Shown here: positions 9,487 through 19,627 of the stretch, in pieces
How the letters are laid out: each line of letters begins with the position of its first letter
Numbering within the stretch: position 1 is the stretch's first letter
Source: Chiloscyllium plagiosum
Lineage: Eukaryota
Reading direction: 5' to 3'
Length of the DNA: 20,000 nt
NCBI RefSeq assembly: GCF_004010195.1
Contig: NC_057718.1
Coordinates: forward strand, 14,629,631 to 14,649,630
Translations under genes and position numbers: made by a program
The notes under the pieces: model-generated
Database searches by the model: none
Seen by the model: only the letters and a program-made list of their open reading frames with translations
Told to the model about the DNA's origin: nothing

Positions 9487-10999
9487 TGCATTGGAGGCAG
9501 TTGATACCTGGAATGAGCAGGGTGTCTGGTGAAGAGAGGACAAATTGGTGAACTTCCTGATCCATAACTCACCATACCCCCACCCCCTCCTTAAGATGCA
9601 CCTTCAAACATGTCAGCCAGGGATGGCTGGGAGGATGTAAAACTCAGTCCAGTGTCTCTGAACAAATGTTTGGGGCCTAAGCATTGTAAAAAGAATTATA
9701 CCTTTACTACGGTGCAGTTATTAAGCATGTACAGAAGGAGATGTCACCTTTTCATCAAATCACATGGGTCTGTCAGGCTCCAGGTATGAAGTCCTCTCTG
9801 TATTTAGTTCTGTTCAATAAAGCCTCTTACTGTTCACTCATAAGAGTGTCGATCTCATCTTACAACAAGCATATTCCTTGAGCTTAATCCTTTCATGTAA
9901 ATGAATTACTCAGATAAAGGGGTTTTACAATTAATTCAGCTCAGAGTAAGCTAACCCACGATCTAATTAACTGGTGCTAATGCTGGCTTATCAAATTCTT
10001 CGTACAATTATTGCACTTTTTTTAAAAAATTACCGTTTTGTTTCAAGAACGGAAAATCTAAAACAAAGTCCAATAGTTTATTCCACGAGGTGATCCGTGA
10101 TCCGAATTAAACAGGACCTCTCCCTGCCATATTCCAAAGGGCTCTCTGTTAACTGGCTGCAGGACCACCCACAGGCGCACAATCTCTGTGGTCTCATCCA
10201 GTGGTTGGGAGAGGATAAACGTAATAACAGTGCACGAACCACTTTAGCAGCACAAGGAACAAAGTGCAGTGTAACTTTATTGGAAGAGATACTTAATTGT
10301 AATCATATATCGGGATACAAAACCAGCTGTTATAATAACAACATTCATCACAAGCCTCAATCCGACTCATCTGTGTTTTAACACATCTCCCTGACACAAA
10401 CCATCGTTTAACATGGCTAAATAAGGTATGTTTCTTCAGAATCATTAATGAGCCTTTCTCCACTGTGTGACAAAGGGTCTCGCTTCAATGCAATTGATGT
10501 TTCCCCGAGTATGATAAGGGAGGGAGGTGGGGGTTTGTGGGGAAGGCTACATTTCACCCAGGCTTTACTCCGAGGTTGTGCTGCTCATTAGGGATGCAAA
10601 GCAATACAAGCAGCTGCTGCCATTTTGCCAAGAGGCTTAGTCCATTGTGTCACGTGTAAAACCGAGTCGAAACAGGAAGCAGATCTACTGATATGTGATA
10701 ACATGCTTGAAGCTCTATAACAGGCCACTGGGCCTAAGGCAGAGGCCTAAGGACTCCTTTTATCAGCCTCCCTTAACCGTACCCATAGGCCGGACTGTAA
10801 CCCCCTCCAGGCTGGGCTCCAGCCCAGCAGAGTCGCACAGCAATCAACATCATAGTAAGAGGCACTTTAATTGACCAAGAAAACAGGATGCACTGGGAAT
10901 TCATGTCATTTGATATCTTCCTTTGCACTCACTGTCAATATTGTAGAAATTTAGTAAACTTTGTTGCAAAACCACCGTCAAAGCTCAGCACAGGCAGTT

Positions 11000-11107
11000 A
11001 TAGAGCCACGGAGTCATAGAGATACACAGCCCAGAGAGAGACCCTTCAGTCCAACTTGTCCAGGCAGACCAGATATTCTAAATTAATGTAGTCCCATTTG
11101 CCAACAT
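11000..11107 (-). mobile_element. Short HER1 3' tail fragment
   Basis: GAGTCATAGAGATACACAGC..GACCCTTCAGTCCAAC..GACCAGATAT matches 11856-11945. Confidence 0.8.
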
Positions 11108-11149
11108 CACATGATAGAAAGCGCATTAGGGTAATAGAACAGAGCGAGG

Positions 11150-11403
11150 AATACAATGTTACAGCTGTAGAGGTCAACATTAAATTTCAGAAGTCTATTA
11201 ACATGGAAGAAGCTGTTCTGGAATCTGTTTAAGCGTTTGTATCTGCTGCCCAAAGGAAAAGGTTGGAAGAGATGATAATCAGTCAGGAGGGGTCTTTGAT
11301 CATGTTGGCTGCCTTTCTGAGGCAGTGGGGAGTATAGATGGAGTCAGTGGATGGGAGGTTGGCTTGTGTGGTGGACTAGGCTGTGTTTACAACTCTCTGT
11401 AGT
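11150..11403 (-). mobile_element. Rex1/Babar-type LINE 3' remnant
   Basis: Minus translation LQRVVNTA*STTQANLPSTDSIYTPHCLRKAANMIKDPS resembles the Rex1/Babar ORF C-terminus (LQRVV..A..I....LPS...IY...CL.KA..IIKDPSHP). Confidence 0.7.
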
Positions 11404-11846
11404 TGATAGTCAAGGAATGTGTGCTCATAATGCAGCCAACTAGGCTCAGTATCAGCTTGTAAATCTTTCCAACACATACTAATGGCAGGTGGGAAGATTG
11501 GGAGAGAATGCTGGTCAGCCACATGAGGGAAAAAAAGTTGGAGCCCCTACCAGTACTCTGTATTGATCCAGAATACATCACACTTGTGTAACTGCATGTT
11601 GTTTCAGCAGGTTAGACTGCCTGGGGGCCTGATAGCTAGTGTGGATCAAATTGGTACTGTCGATATGGGGTTTGAACACTCTTCCAGCAGGGGAAGATTC
11701 AGGACTTGTCACTTTGGTCAGTTGTTGAGCACTGTGGGCTCAAAATGCCTTTGGCCAGAGAAATAAAAGAAAAAAACAATACAAGAGAAAGGTCTTCAGC
11801 CAGAGAGGGGCGAAAATGCAGAATAGTTGGAAGAAATAGCATAGCC

Positions 11847-13616
11847 ATAGTCATAGAGTCATAGAGATGTACAGCATGGTAACAGACCCTTCAGTCCAAC
11901 CCATCCATGCCGACCAGATATCCCAACCCAATCTAGTCCCACCTGCCAGCGCCTGGCCCATATCCCTCCAAACCCTTCCTATTCATATACCCAAAAAATG
12001 CCTCTTAAATGTTGCAATTGTACCAGCCTCCACCACATCCTCTGGCAGCTCATTCCATACACATACCACACTCTGCGTGAAAACGTTGCCCCATAGGTCT
12101 CTTTTATATCTTTCCCCTCTCACCCTAAACCTATGCCCTCTAGTTCTGGACTCCCCGAGCCCAGGGAAAAGACTTTGTCTATTTATCCTATCCATTCCCC
12201 TCATAATTTTGTAAACCTCTATAAGGTCACCCCTCAGCCTCCAACGCTCCAGGGANNNNNNNNNNNNNNNNNNNNNNNNNNNNNNNNNNNNNNNNNNNNN
12301 NNNNNNNNNNNNNNNNNNNNNNNNNNNNNNNNNNNNNNNNNNNNNNNNNNNNNNNNNNNNNNNNNNNNNNNNNNNNNNNNNNNNNNNNNNNNNNNNNNNN
12401 NNNNNNNNNNNNNNNNNNNNNNNNNNNNNNNNNNNNNNNNNNNNNNNNNNNNNNNNNNNNNNNNNNNNNNNNNNNNNNNNNNNNNNNNNNNNNNNNNNNN
12501 NNNNNNNNNNNNNNNNNNNNNNNNNNNNNNNNNNNNNNNNNNNNNNNNNNNNNNNNNNNNNNNNNNNNNNNNNNNCCACTGGTCACAGGCCTCCAGTTTG
12601 AAAAACACCCCTCCACCACCATCCTCTGTCTTCTACCTTTGAGCCAGTTCTGTTTCCAAATGGCTAGTTCTCCCTGTATTCCATGAGATCTAACCTTGCT
12701 AATCAGTCTCCCATGGGGAACCTTGTCGAACGCCTTACTGAAGTCCATATAGATCACATCTACTGCTCTGCCCTCATCAATCTTCTTTGTTACTTCTTCA
12801 AAAAGCTCAATCAAGTTTGTGAGACATGATTTCCCACACACAAAGCCATGTTGACTATCCCGAATCAGTCCTTGCCTTTCCAAATACATGTACATCCTGT
12901 CCCTCAGGATTCCCCCAACAACTTGCCCATCACCGAGGTCAGGCTCACCGGTCTATAGTTCCCTGACTCGTCTTTACCACCCTTCTTAAACAGTGGCACC
13001 ATATTTGCCAACCTCCAGTCTTCCGGCACCTCACCTGTGTCTATCAATGATACAAATATCTCAGCAAGAGGTCCAGCAATCACTTCTCTAGCTTCCCACA
13101 GAGTTCTCGGGTACACCTGATCAAGTCCTGGAGATTTATCCACCTTTAACCGTTTCAAAACATCCAGCACTTCTTCCTCTGTAATTTTGCAAGATGTCAC
13201 CATCTATTTCCCTACAGTCTACATCTTCCATATTCTTTTCCACAGTAAATACTGATGCAAAATATTCATTTAGTATCTCCCCCATTTTCTGTGGCTCCAC
13301 ACAAAGGCCGCCTTGCTGATCTTTGAGGGGGCCTAATCTCTCCCTAGTTACACTTTTGCCCTTAATATATTTGTAAAAACCCTTTGGATTCTCCTTAATT
13401 CTATTTGCAAAGCTATCTCATGTCCCCTTTTTGCCCTCCAGATTTCCCTCTTAAGTATACTCCTACTTCCTTTATACTCTTCTAAGGATTCACTCGATCT
13501 ATCCTGTCTGTACCTGACATATATTTCCTTCTTTTTCTTAACCAAACCCTCAATTTCTTTAGTCATCCAGCATTCCCTATACCTACCAGCCTTCCCTTTC
13601 ACCCTGACAGGAATAT
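11847..13616 (-). mobile_element. 5'-truncated CR1/HER1 LINE with reverse transcriptase domain (disrupted; N gap 12256-12575)
   Basis: KSPGLDQVYPRTL, PEDWRLANMVPLFKKG..GNYRPVSLTS, SQHGF..GKSCLTNL, YMDFSKAFDKVPH and the C-terminal WNELPED..FKRH. (ATAGAGTC)n tail. Several frameshifts. Confidence 0.96.
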
Positions 13617-13757
13617 AGTCAATGGAATAGAAGGGGATATACTGACTGGATTCAGTGAACTGGGATGGGAACAGGTTGATGTGAAACTTATACACTAGCA
13701 TGGGTGAGTTGGACTGAATGGCCTGTTTCTGTGTTGTATGTCTCATGAATTCTGCAA
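13617..13757 (+). mobile_element. Old CR1-type 3' tail
   Basis: GTTGGACTGAATGGCCTGTTTCTGTGTTGTATG terminal motif. Confidence 0.55.
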
Positions 13758-14355
13758 TCCTGTAAGCAGATCTGATATTGCAAGTTGTGCTCACTCAAAT
13801 TGGCCAGGCATAGGGCAAGTTGTGCTCACTCAAATTGACTTGCAAATGATGAGTGGTTAAAACCATCTCAGAGTGTGAGTTGGTGAAATCCTGCATACCA
13901 AGGCCACTTACAGTTCCAGGTCTCCAGTGTCTAAAGGTGTGGAAGAGGAAAATGTTGGTCAGTAAACATTCTAGAAGAAAGAGTAAAGAAAACATGCTTT
14001 TTTTAGCAGTAGGGCAGAGGCTGGTGCCCATTAACAGAGTGCAGCTTGCCTCCTTATTTCCTGCCAATGTTGGCTCCCTCATGTCAGGTCATCCGAATGA
14101 GACTGAACCAGAAATTTATCAGGGGCTGGGAGCTGTGGTGAGGGAGAGCCCCAACTGATGACCCAGGCTTGTGGAATTGAGATTCCACCTTGTGAGGTGC
14201 ATGGTTCTTTCACGTTTGACATCTGAACCATCATCAGGTGACTCCTTTGTCTCCCCTCCTTCCCTGGAAATACAATAAACTTGTGCAGCATCTGAAACTA
14301 CTCAAATGTGTAACACTCCTGTGGGTTCTGTATAAGTGGAATGTCAGTACTCAAC

Positions 14356-14455
14356 TTTTTAATTCTTTCCCAAGATATGGGCAAGACCGGCTGGGCCAGC
14401 AGTTTTTTTGGCCATCACTAATTGACCAGGAGAAGGTAGTGGCGAGCTCCTGCAG
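14356..14455 (-). mobile_element. 3' end of the second LINE family, or of a SINE sharing its tail
   Basis: The reverse complement GCTCGCCACTACCTTCTCCTGGTCAATTAGTGATGG..CTGCTGGCCCAGCCGG matches the 9395-9480 and 18790-18830 tail. Confidence 0.55.
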
Positions 14456-14461
14456 TACTTG

Positions 14462-14780
14462 ACCAAGGTCTTTTCCCCAGGGTGGGGGAGGGTTCAAAAC
14501 TAGGGGGCATATTTTTAAGGTGAGAGAATAAAGATTTAACAAAGACATGGGGCAATTGTATTTACACAGACAGTGATTCATGTGTGGAACAAACTGTCAG
14601 AAGACGTGGTGGATGCTGGTACAGTTATAACATTGTAAAGATATTTGGATAAGTACCATAGCAGGAGAGGTTTGGAGATACAGGCCAAGCGCAAGCAGAT
14701 GGGACTAGTTTAGTTTGGGAAGATAGTCGGTGTGGACTGGTTGGACCAAAGGGTCTGGTTCCGTGCTGTATGACTCTGTA
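14462..14780 (+). mobile_element. CR1/HER1 LINE 3' fragment
   Basis: GGTCTTTTCCCCAGGGTGGGGGAG..ACTAGGGGGCATATTTTTAAGGTGAGAG..GTGTGGAAC..CCGTGCTGTATGACTCT, reverse-complementary to the copies at 8012 and 11847. Confidence 0.9.
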
Positions 14781-15519
14781 AGGTATCGACACATACCTCA
14801 CGTAAATCTCCACAAGATGCTTTGAGACCCTTTTCTGTTTCTGCTGGGTTTCAGCAAACGGAAACCAGTCTCAATTTTCTTGATGGACAGGACACTGTTG
14901 CAAAGAGAGAGCACAGCCAAATTTCTCAGATATGCAACCATTTAATACGATATGTGGATAAAAACCCAAGCCAGAATAACGCCTTCGGGCAGCTAGCTCT
15001 CACACTTCCTCTGAGCTCCTTTCTTTAAGGGGCGGGGGGGGGGAGGGTAGGACATATGGCCAGCAGAGAATACTCTCTATGCAAAGATAACGACAGGAAA
15101 CAGAAAGAAAAATGAAGCCTTACGAGCTGTTACAAACACATTATTAATGAGAACAAGAGTTTTATGGTCTCTGTGAGGCCACTTGAGGATGTTTTGTTTA
15201 CAGTCAACTCTCCAGAGTAACCTGATTGGAGTCATAAAACCCTTCTCTAGTCAATATTCAGTAGTAGATTAAACACAAAATAAGAATACAAAGCAGCTGT
15301 CCCCACACAGCACACCAAATCAAATGGAAAGTTCACAAACCATTGACGCTGGAAATGAAACAACTGAGACTTCCAGGTGGGGAAATGCAAATAGAGGCTG
15401 CCATTTGTCAGATTGTAGACCATTGTTCCCTCACAAAAACATCAGAAACCAGGGCAAGAGTGATCACAGCTACCCCTTGAGCTTGTTCCTCCATCCAACA
15501 GAGGGCGATGCTGGCCCGG

Positions 15520-15803
15520 ATGCTAACGTCACTGGACTAGAAATCTAAAGCTTGGGTTCATGCTCTGGGAACCCAGGTGGACACCACTACAGGTAGAATT
15601 AAACAAAGCATCCAATTAATTAAATCTAACACTAGTCATGGCGACTGAAATGTCATCAATTGTTACGAAAAGTAATCTGGTTCACTGATGCCATTTAAGG
15701 AAGGAAATCCTAACCTGGTCTGGCCTACCTGTGACTCTGGACCCACAACAAAGTGGCTGACTCATTATTGCCGTCTGAAATGTCTGAGCAAGTCACACAG
15801 TTT
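15520..15803 (+). mobile_element. Degenerate tRNA-derived SINE with a conserved central domain
   Basis: GTCACTGGACTAG..ATGCTCTGGGAACCCAGG head and CTGGTTCACTGATGCCATTTAAGGAAGGAAATCC..ACCTGGTCTGGCCTACCTGTGACTC core, recalled from a common shark SINE. Superfamily not assigned. Confidence 0.65.
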
Positions 15804-16202
15804 ACAGATATTACAGACAAGTCATAACTGCTTGTTTTGCCAGAAACACCAACACACTAATAGTGAATTTACACGAGCAGTGACCTTAATGTGGATCAAG
15901 TTGGGAAGGTAGGCAGACGGGTGGGGGGGAAATTACTAGAGTGAACCTTCTGGGCTGACACATTTCAATAAGAATAATTTCAACAGGAGCTTATATAACA
16001 TTTCTAAGTCTTCACTCTTCAGCTTTACATCTTGCATTCATCAGGACAAATGCAGGAATGCCAAATTTTAAGCAATCACACACCCTGATTAGCTGAGCTG
16101 AGTTGAGGTAAAAACAATGACTGCAGATGCTGGAAACCAGAGTCTAGATTAGAGTGGTACTGGAAAAGCACAGCAGTTCAGGCAGCATCCAAGGAGCTTT
16201 GA

Positions 16203-16238
16203 AATCGACGTTTCGGGCAAAAGCCCCTCATCAGGAAT
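16203..16238 (-). ncRNA. Minimal type I hammerhead ribozyme motif (Penelope type)
   Basis: Minus strand ATTC-CTGATGA-G-GGGC-TTTT-GCCC-GAAA-CG-TC-GATT: intact CUGAUGA and GAAA boxes, 4-bp stem II, palindromic ACGT stem III and a GUC cleavage triplet. Stem I is weak. Confidence 0.78.
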
Positions 16239-16816
16239 AAAGGCAGTGAACCTGTAGCGTGGAGAGATAAGCTAGAGGAGGGTGGGGGTGGGGAGAAAGT
16301 AGCAGAGAGTACAGTGGGTGAGTGGGGGAGGGGATGAAGGTGATAGGTCAGGGAGGAGAGGGAGGAGTGGATAGGTGGAAAAGGAGATANNNNNNNNNNN
16401 NNNNNNNNNNNNNNNNNNNNNNNNNNNNNNNNNNNNNNNNNNNNNNNNNNNNNNNNNNNNNNNNNNNNNNNNNNNNNNNNNNNNNNNNNNNNNNNNNNNN
16501 NNNNNNNNNNNNNNNNNNNNNNNNNNNNNNNNNNNNNNNNNNNNNNNNNNNNNNNNNNNNNNNNNNNNNNNNNNNNNNNNNNNNNNNNNNNNNNNNNNNN
16601 NNNNNNATCCATCTCCCAGTCTCCCACACTGTCCCCATGACTTGTCCGGACTTATCCTATCTGCCTATCTCCTTTTCCACCTATCCATTCCACCCTCTCC
16701 TCCCTGACCTATCACCTTCATCCCCTCCCCCACTCATCCATTGTACTCTATGCTACTTTCTCCCCACCCCCACCCTCCTCTAGCTTATCTCTCCACACTA
16801 CAGGCTCAGTGCCTTT

Positions 16817-16852
16817 ATTCCTGATGAAGGGCTTTTGCCCGAAACGTCGATT
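16817..16852 (+). ncRNA. Minimal type I hammerhead ribozyme motif (Penelope type)
   Basis: ATTC-CTGATGA(16821-16827)-A-GGGC-TTTT-GCCC-GAAA(16841-16844)-CG-TC-GATT. Predicted cleavage after C16848. Confidence 0.78.
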
Positions 16853-17221
16853 TCGAAGCTCCTTGGATGCTGCCTGAACTGCTGTGCTTTTCCAGCACCC
16901 CTCTAATCTGAGCTGAGCTGAGCAATTTTTCCACTCTTGAAAGTCTGAAGATTTACCATATGCAAATAAAATATGAGATCAGTGTTTGCAGAAACATGAC
17001 AGGATAGATTGGGGAAAGTCCACTCCGAGATTAGATTACACACAATCCATTTCGTCATCAGCTCCATAAATCCATTCCAGTACATTCTAAGGACAGGTTC
17101 TCCCATTTATTCCTGTTTCTTAAAGTGAGTCTGGCATAGCACTACAGAATGTTCTCACTGTCGTGACTGACTTTCAGAAAAAATAATCTCTCCCAAGTTC
17201 TGCACCAGTGTTGACAAGTGA

Positions 17222-17635
17222 CTCGCATTTATATAGCACCTTTCAGAAATTCAGGAAGCCCCCATCAACTACAACTAATTAAGCATTTTTGAAGTGTGGT
17301 GACAAATGTAGGCGAGGCGGCCCCCATTTTCTCACAGCAAATTCTCAGAAACAGCAATGTGACAATGGCCAATGGTTTTTGTGATGTTGACTGAAGGATA
17401 AATATTGGTCAGGTTTCAGGGAGAAGTCCTGTCTTTCACTTTGCAATGGAGGTTTGACACGCATTTGAGGAGATTGGTTTAATATCCTACCTGAAGAAAG
17501 ATGGCACCATTGACAGCGCAGAACTCCCTCAGTATTACACTGTGGTATCAGCTTAATTTTTCCATCAAATCCCTGCCTCTGGGGCTGAAACTTCCCAGCT
17601 CAGGGCTATGGAGGGATCTTCCTGCACCAGTGACT
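17222..17635 (-). mobile_element. Degenerate Deu-domain SINE (SacSINE1/AmnSINE1-like) with L2-type tail
   Basis: GGTTTAATATCCTACCTGAAGAAAGATGGCACCATTGACAGCGCAGAACTCCCTCAGTATTACACTG resembles the antisense Deu-SINE body. The tail AAAGGTGCTATATAAATGC lies on minus at about 17224-17242. Confidence 0.7.
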
Positions 17636-18075
17636 GCTGAATGATGTCATCAACATCAAAAACAGAAGAACATTCAAATGCAAATCCCTAGCTCAGGAGT
17701 TGAGCATCAGGCCCTGGACTACCCTTCTGACTAATCCATATGTCCAAGTCTAATTCTAGTAGGAGGCCAAAATGAGATCTGTTAATTTGGTGCAGGGACT
17801 AAGTCCTGAAGTGTAGATTTCAGTACGACACTGTGCAGTGCGACTGGATGCAAAGGCTGAAACTATCAGTCCTAATTATTTGTGTTAAAACTACACAGCT
17901 TTCCCCTTTTCATCATATTTCACAATTTACAACAGCTACACAACCTTTTTAACAGGTTCAACTCGTTGCTGTGAATCAGCACCTAATGCAGGGTAATTGA
18001 CATTTGACTGGAATATGTTAATACATTAATTACAAATGCTACCAGAGGGTCAGAATCAGTGTGATTCTCTGTTGC

Positions 18076-18207
18076 AAAAACAAAATACTGCTGATATTGG
18101 AAATCAGAAATAAGAACAGAAAATTCTAGAAGTACCAGCAGGTCAGGCAACATCTATAGTGAGAGTTAATGTGTCAGGTCAATAACTTGTTGTCAGAACT
18201 GGGAAAT
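18076..18207 (-). mobile_element. Old Penelope pseudo-LTR 3' end with a decayed hammerhead
   Basis: Minus AGTT-CTGACAA-CAAGTTATTGACCT-GACACATT-AACT (CTGATGA and GAAACGTT decayed, stem I AGTT/AACT retained), followed by GATGTTGCCTGACCTGCTG as in the other pLTRs. Confidence 0.65.
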
Positions 18208-18294
18208 GATACAGATATAATGGATGTAATTGCATAATTGAGAAAGTGAATCCCCCACTATTACCACCCTTAGGGTTATTATTGAACAGAAACT

Positions 18295-18832
18295 GAACTG
18301 CAGCTTAGAGGCGAGGAATGCTGCAGTGAGTAACTCACCTCTTGATTCCTCAAAGCCTGCCCACCATCTACAAGGCACAAGTTAGGAGTGTGATGGAAGA
18401 CTCCCCGCTTGCCTGGATGAGTGCGGCTCCAACAACACTCAAGAAGCTTGACACCGTTCCAGGACAAAGCAACCACATCCACAAACATTCAGTCACTGCA
18501 CCACCAAAGCTCAGTAGCAGCAGAGTGTACCATCTGCAAGACGCACCGATGAGATTTACCAAGACTCCCGAGACAGCACCTTCCAAACCCACAATCGCTA
18601 CCAATGACAAGGGCAGTAGATAGTTGGACACACCACCACCTTCAAGTTCCCCTCCAAGCCACTCACCATCCTGACTTGGAAACTTATTGCTGTCCCTTCA
18701 CTGTCGCTGGATCAATATCCTGGAATTCTCTCCCGAGCAGTATTGTGGGTCTACCTACAGCACATAGACTGCAGTGGTTCAAGAAGGCAGCTCACTACCA
18801 TCTTCTCAAGGGCAACTAGGGACTGGCAATAG
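18295..18832 (+). mobile_element. 3' fragment of a CR1/L2-related LINE distinct from HER1
   Basis: PQSLPTIYKAQVRSVMEDSPLAWMSAAPTTLKKLDTV resembles the post-RT motif LYKA.VR...EY...W. Ends in AAGAAGGCAGCTCACTACCATCTTCTCAAGGGCAACTAGGGA. Confidence 0.8.
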
Positions 18833-19100
18833 GGGAACTGTTCCCATTAACAGAAGAATTGAGAACAAAGGGACACAGATTTAAGGTGATTAATGAAAGA
18901 AGCATTGGTCGTGTGAGTGGAAAACCTTTCCATGCATTGAGCAGTTAGGTGTGGTGTGTGTTGCTTGGCCGGGTGGTGCAACTGAGGTTTCCGAGATAGA
19001 ACTGGATTGTTCACCACCAAGAAAGAACAGGGAGAAGGCACAGGAAAGGAACCATTTGGAGAGCTGCACACACCCGACAGAACGACCTCCATTTGTGTCA
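18833..19100 (+). mobile_element. Degenerate CR1 3' fragment
   Basis: CTGTTCCCATTAACAGAAG..AGAACAAAGGGACACAGATTTAAGGTG (LFP....RTKGHRFKV). Confidence 0.55.
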
Positions 19101-19119
19101 TGCAATTCCTTAATGCTGT

Positions 19120-19590
19120 AGTACAGAGGAAGGGAAGGGGAGGGAGATATGTGATAGGATGGATGACAAGAGAGATTAAAAGACAAAACAGAGATTGGTG
19201 CATGGCGAAAGAAAATGGTCAGAAGATTTGTCTGAAGGAGGTAGAATCATTACTCACTGTTACTGCCCGAAAAGATGAGGATAAAGGTTATGGTGTGAAA
19301 TTGTTGAAACCCAATGTTGTGCCCAGAAGGCTGTGACGTTTCTAAGTGCAGGATGAGCTGCTGTTCCTCAGGCTTATTTCACTGGAACTGGTCTCTCATA
19401 GAGAAGACCACATGGTGAGTAGTGAACACAGCATAATAAATCAAAAGAAGCACAAGTAAAATGCTGATTGGCTCAGAAAGAGCATGAGGGGCCTTGGACG
19501 ATGAGGAGAAAGGTGGATAAAAAAAAGGCAGTCCTTGCAATGAGTTGTGAATGATAGGGGGGAATGGATCAGCATCTCACAGTTATTCCT
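19120..19590 (-). mobile_element. Decayed Penelope-like ORF C-terminus (GIY-YIG endonuclease region) plus 3' region
   Basis: Minus translations STFLLIVQGPSCSF*ANQHFTCAS, LLCCVHYSPCGLLY and KPEEQQLILHLETSQPSGHNI match the recalled PLE motifs TIQGPK..FQV.QRFTC, VYCI.C..CGLLYIGET and KLEEQHLIFRLGTLQP.G.N. Confidence 0.7.
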
Positions 19591-19627
19591 TGTTGATGGT
19601 AATAAAATGAGAAGGATCCACAGATTT

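Larger units (their letters stand above)
16103..16910. mobile_element. Penelope-like element with inverted pseudo-LTR arms (minus arm 16103-16389, plus arm 16607-16910, N gap 16390-16606)
   Basis: About 240 bp of mutually reverse-complementary sequence with scattered mismatches. Each arm has a hammerhead core. 12-bp TSD AGCTGAGCTGAG at 16091-16102 and 16911-16922. Confidence 0.88.

Noticed and set aside
11983..12642. Long X-containing ORFs here and at 16178-16783 and 5602-6071
   Set aside because: They are artefacts of translating across N gaps and low-complexity sequence.
12227..13203. Functional or domesticated reverse transcriptase, or a retron-like RT-ncRNA system
   Set aside because: It is an ordinary 5'-truncated, frameshifted CR1 copy, and it is not linked to the hammerhead-bearing elements, which have their own TSDs.
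16103..16910. DNA transposon/MITE with terminal inverted repeats, or an assembly fold-back
   Set aside because: The arms have unequal ends, contain Penelope-type hammerheads, occur solo elsewhere (4961-5042) and differ by multiple substitutions.
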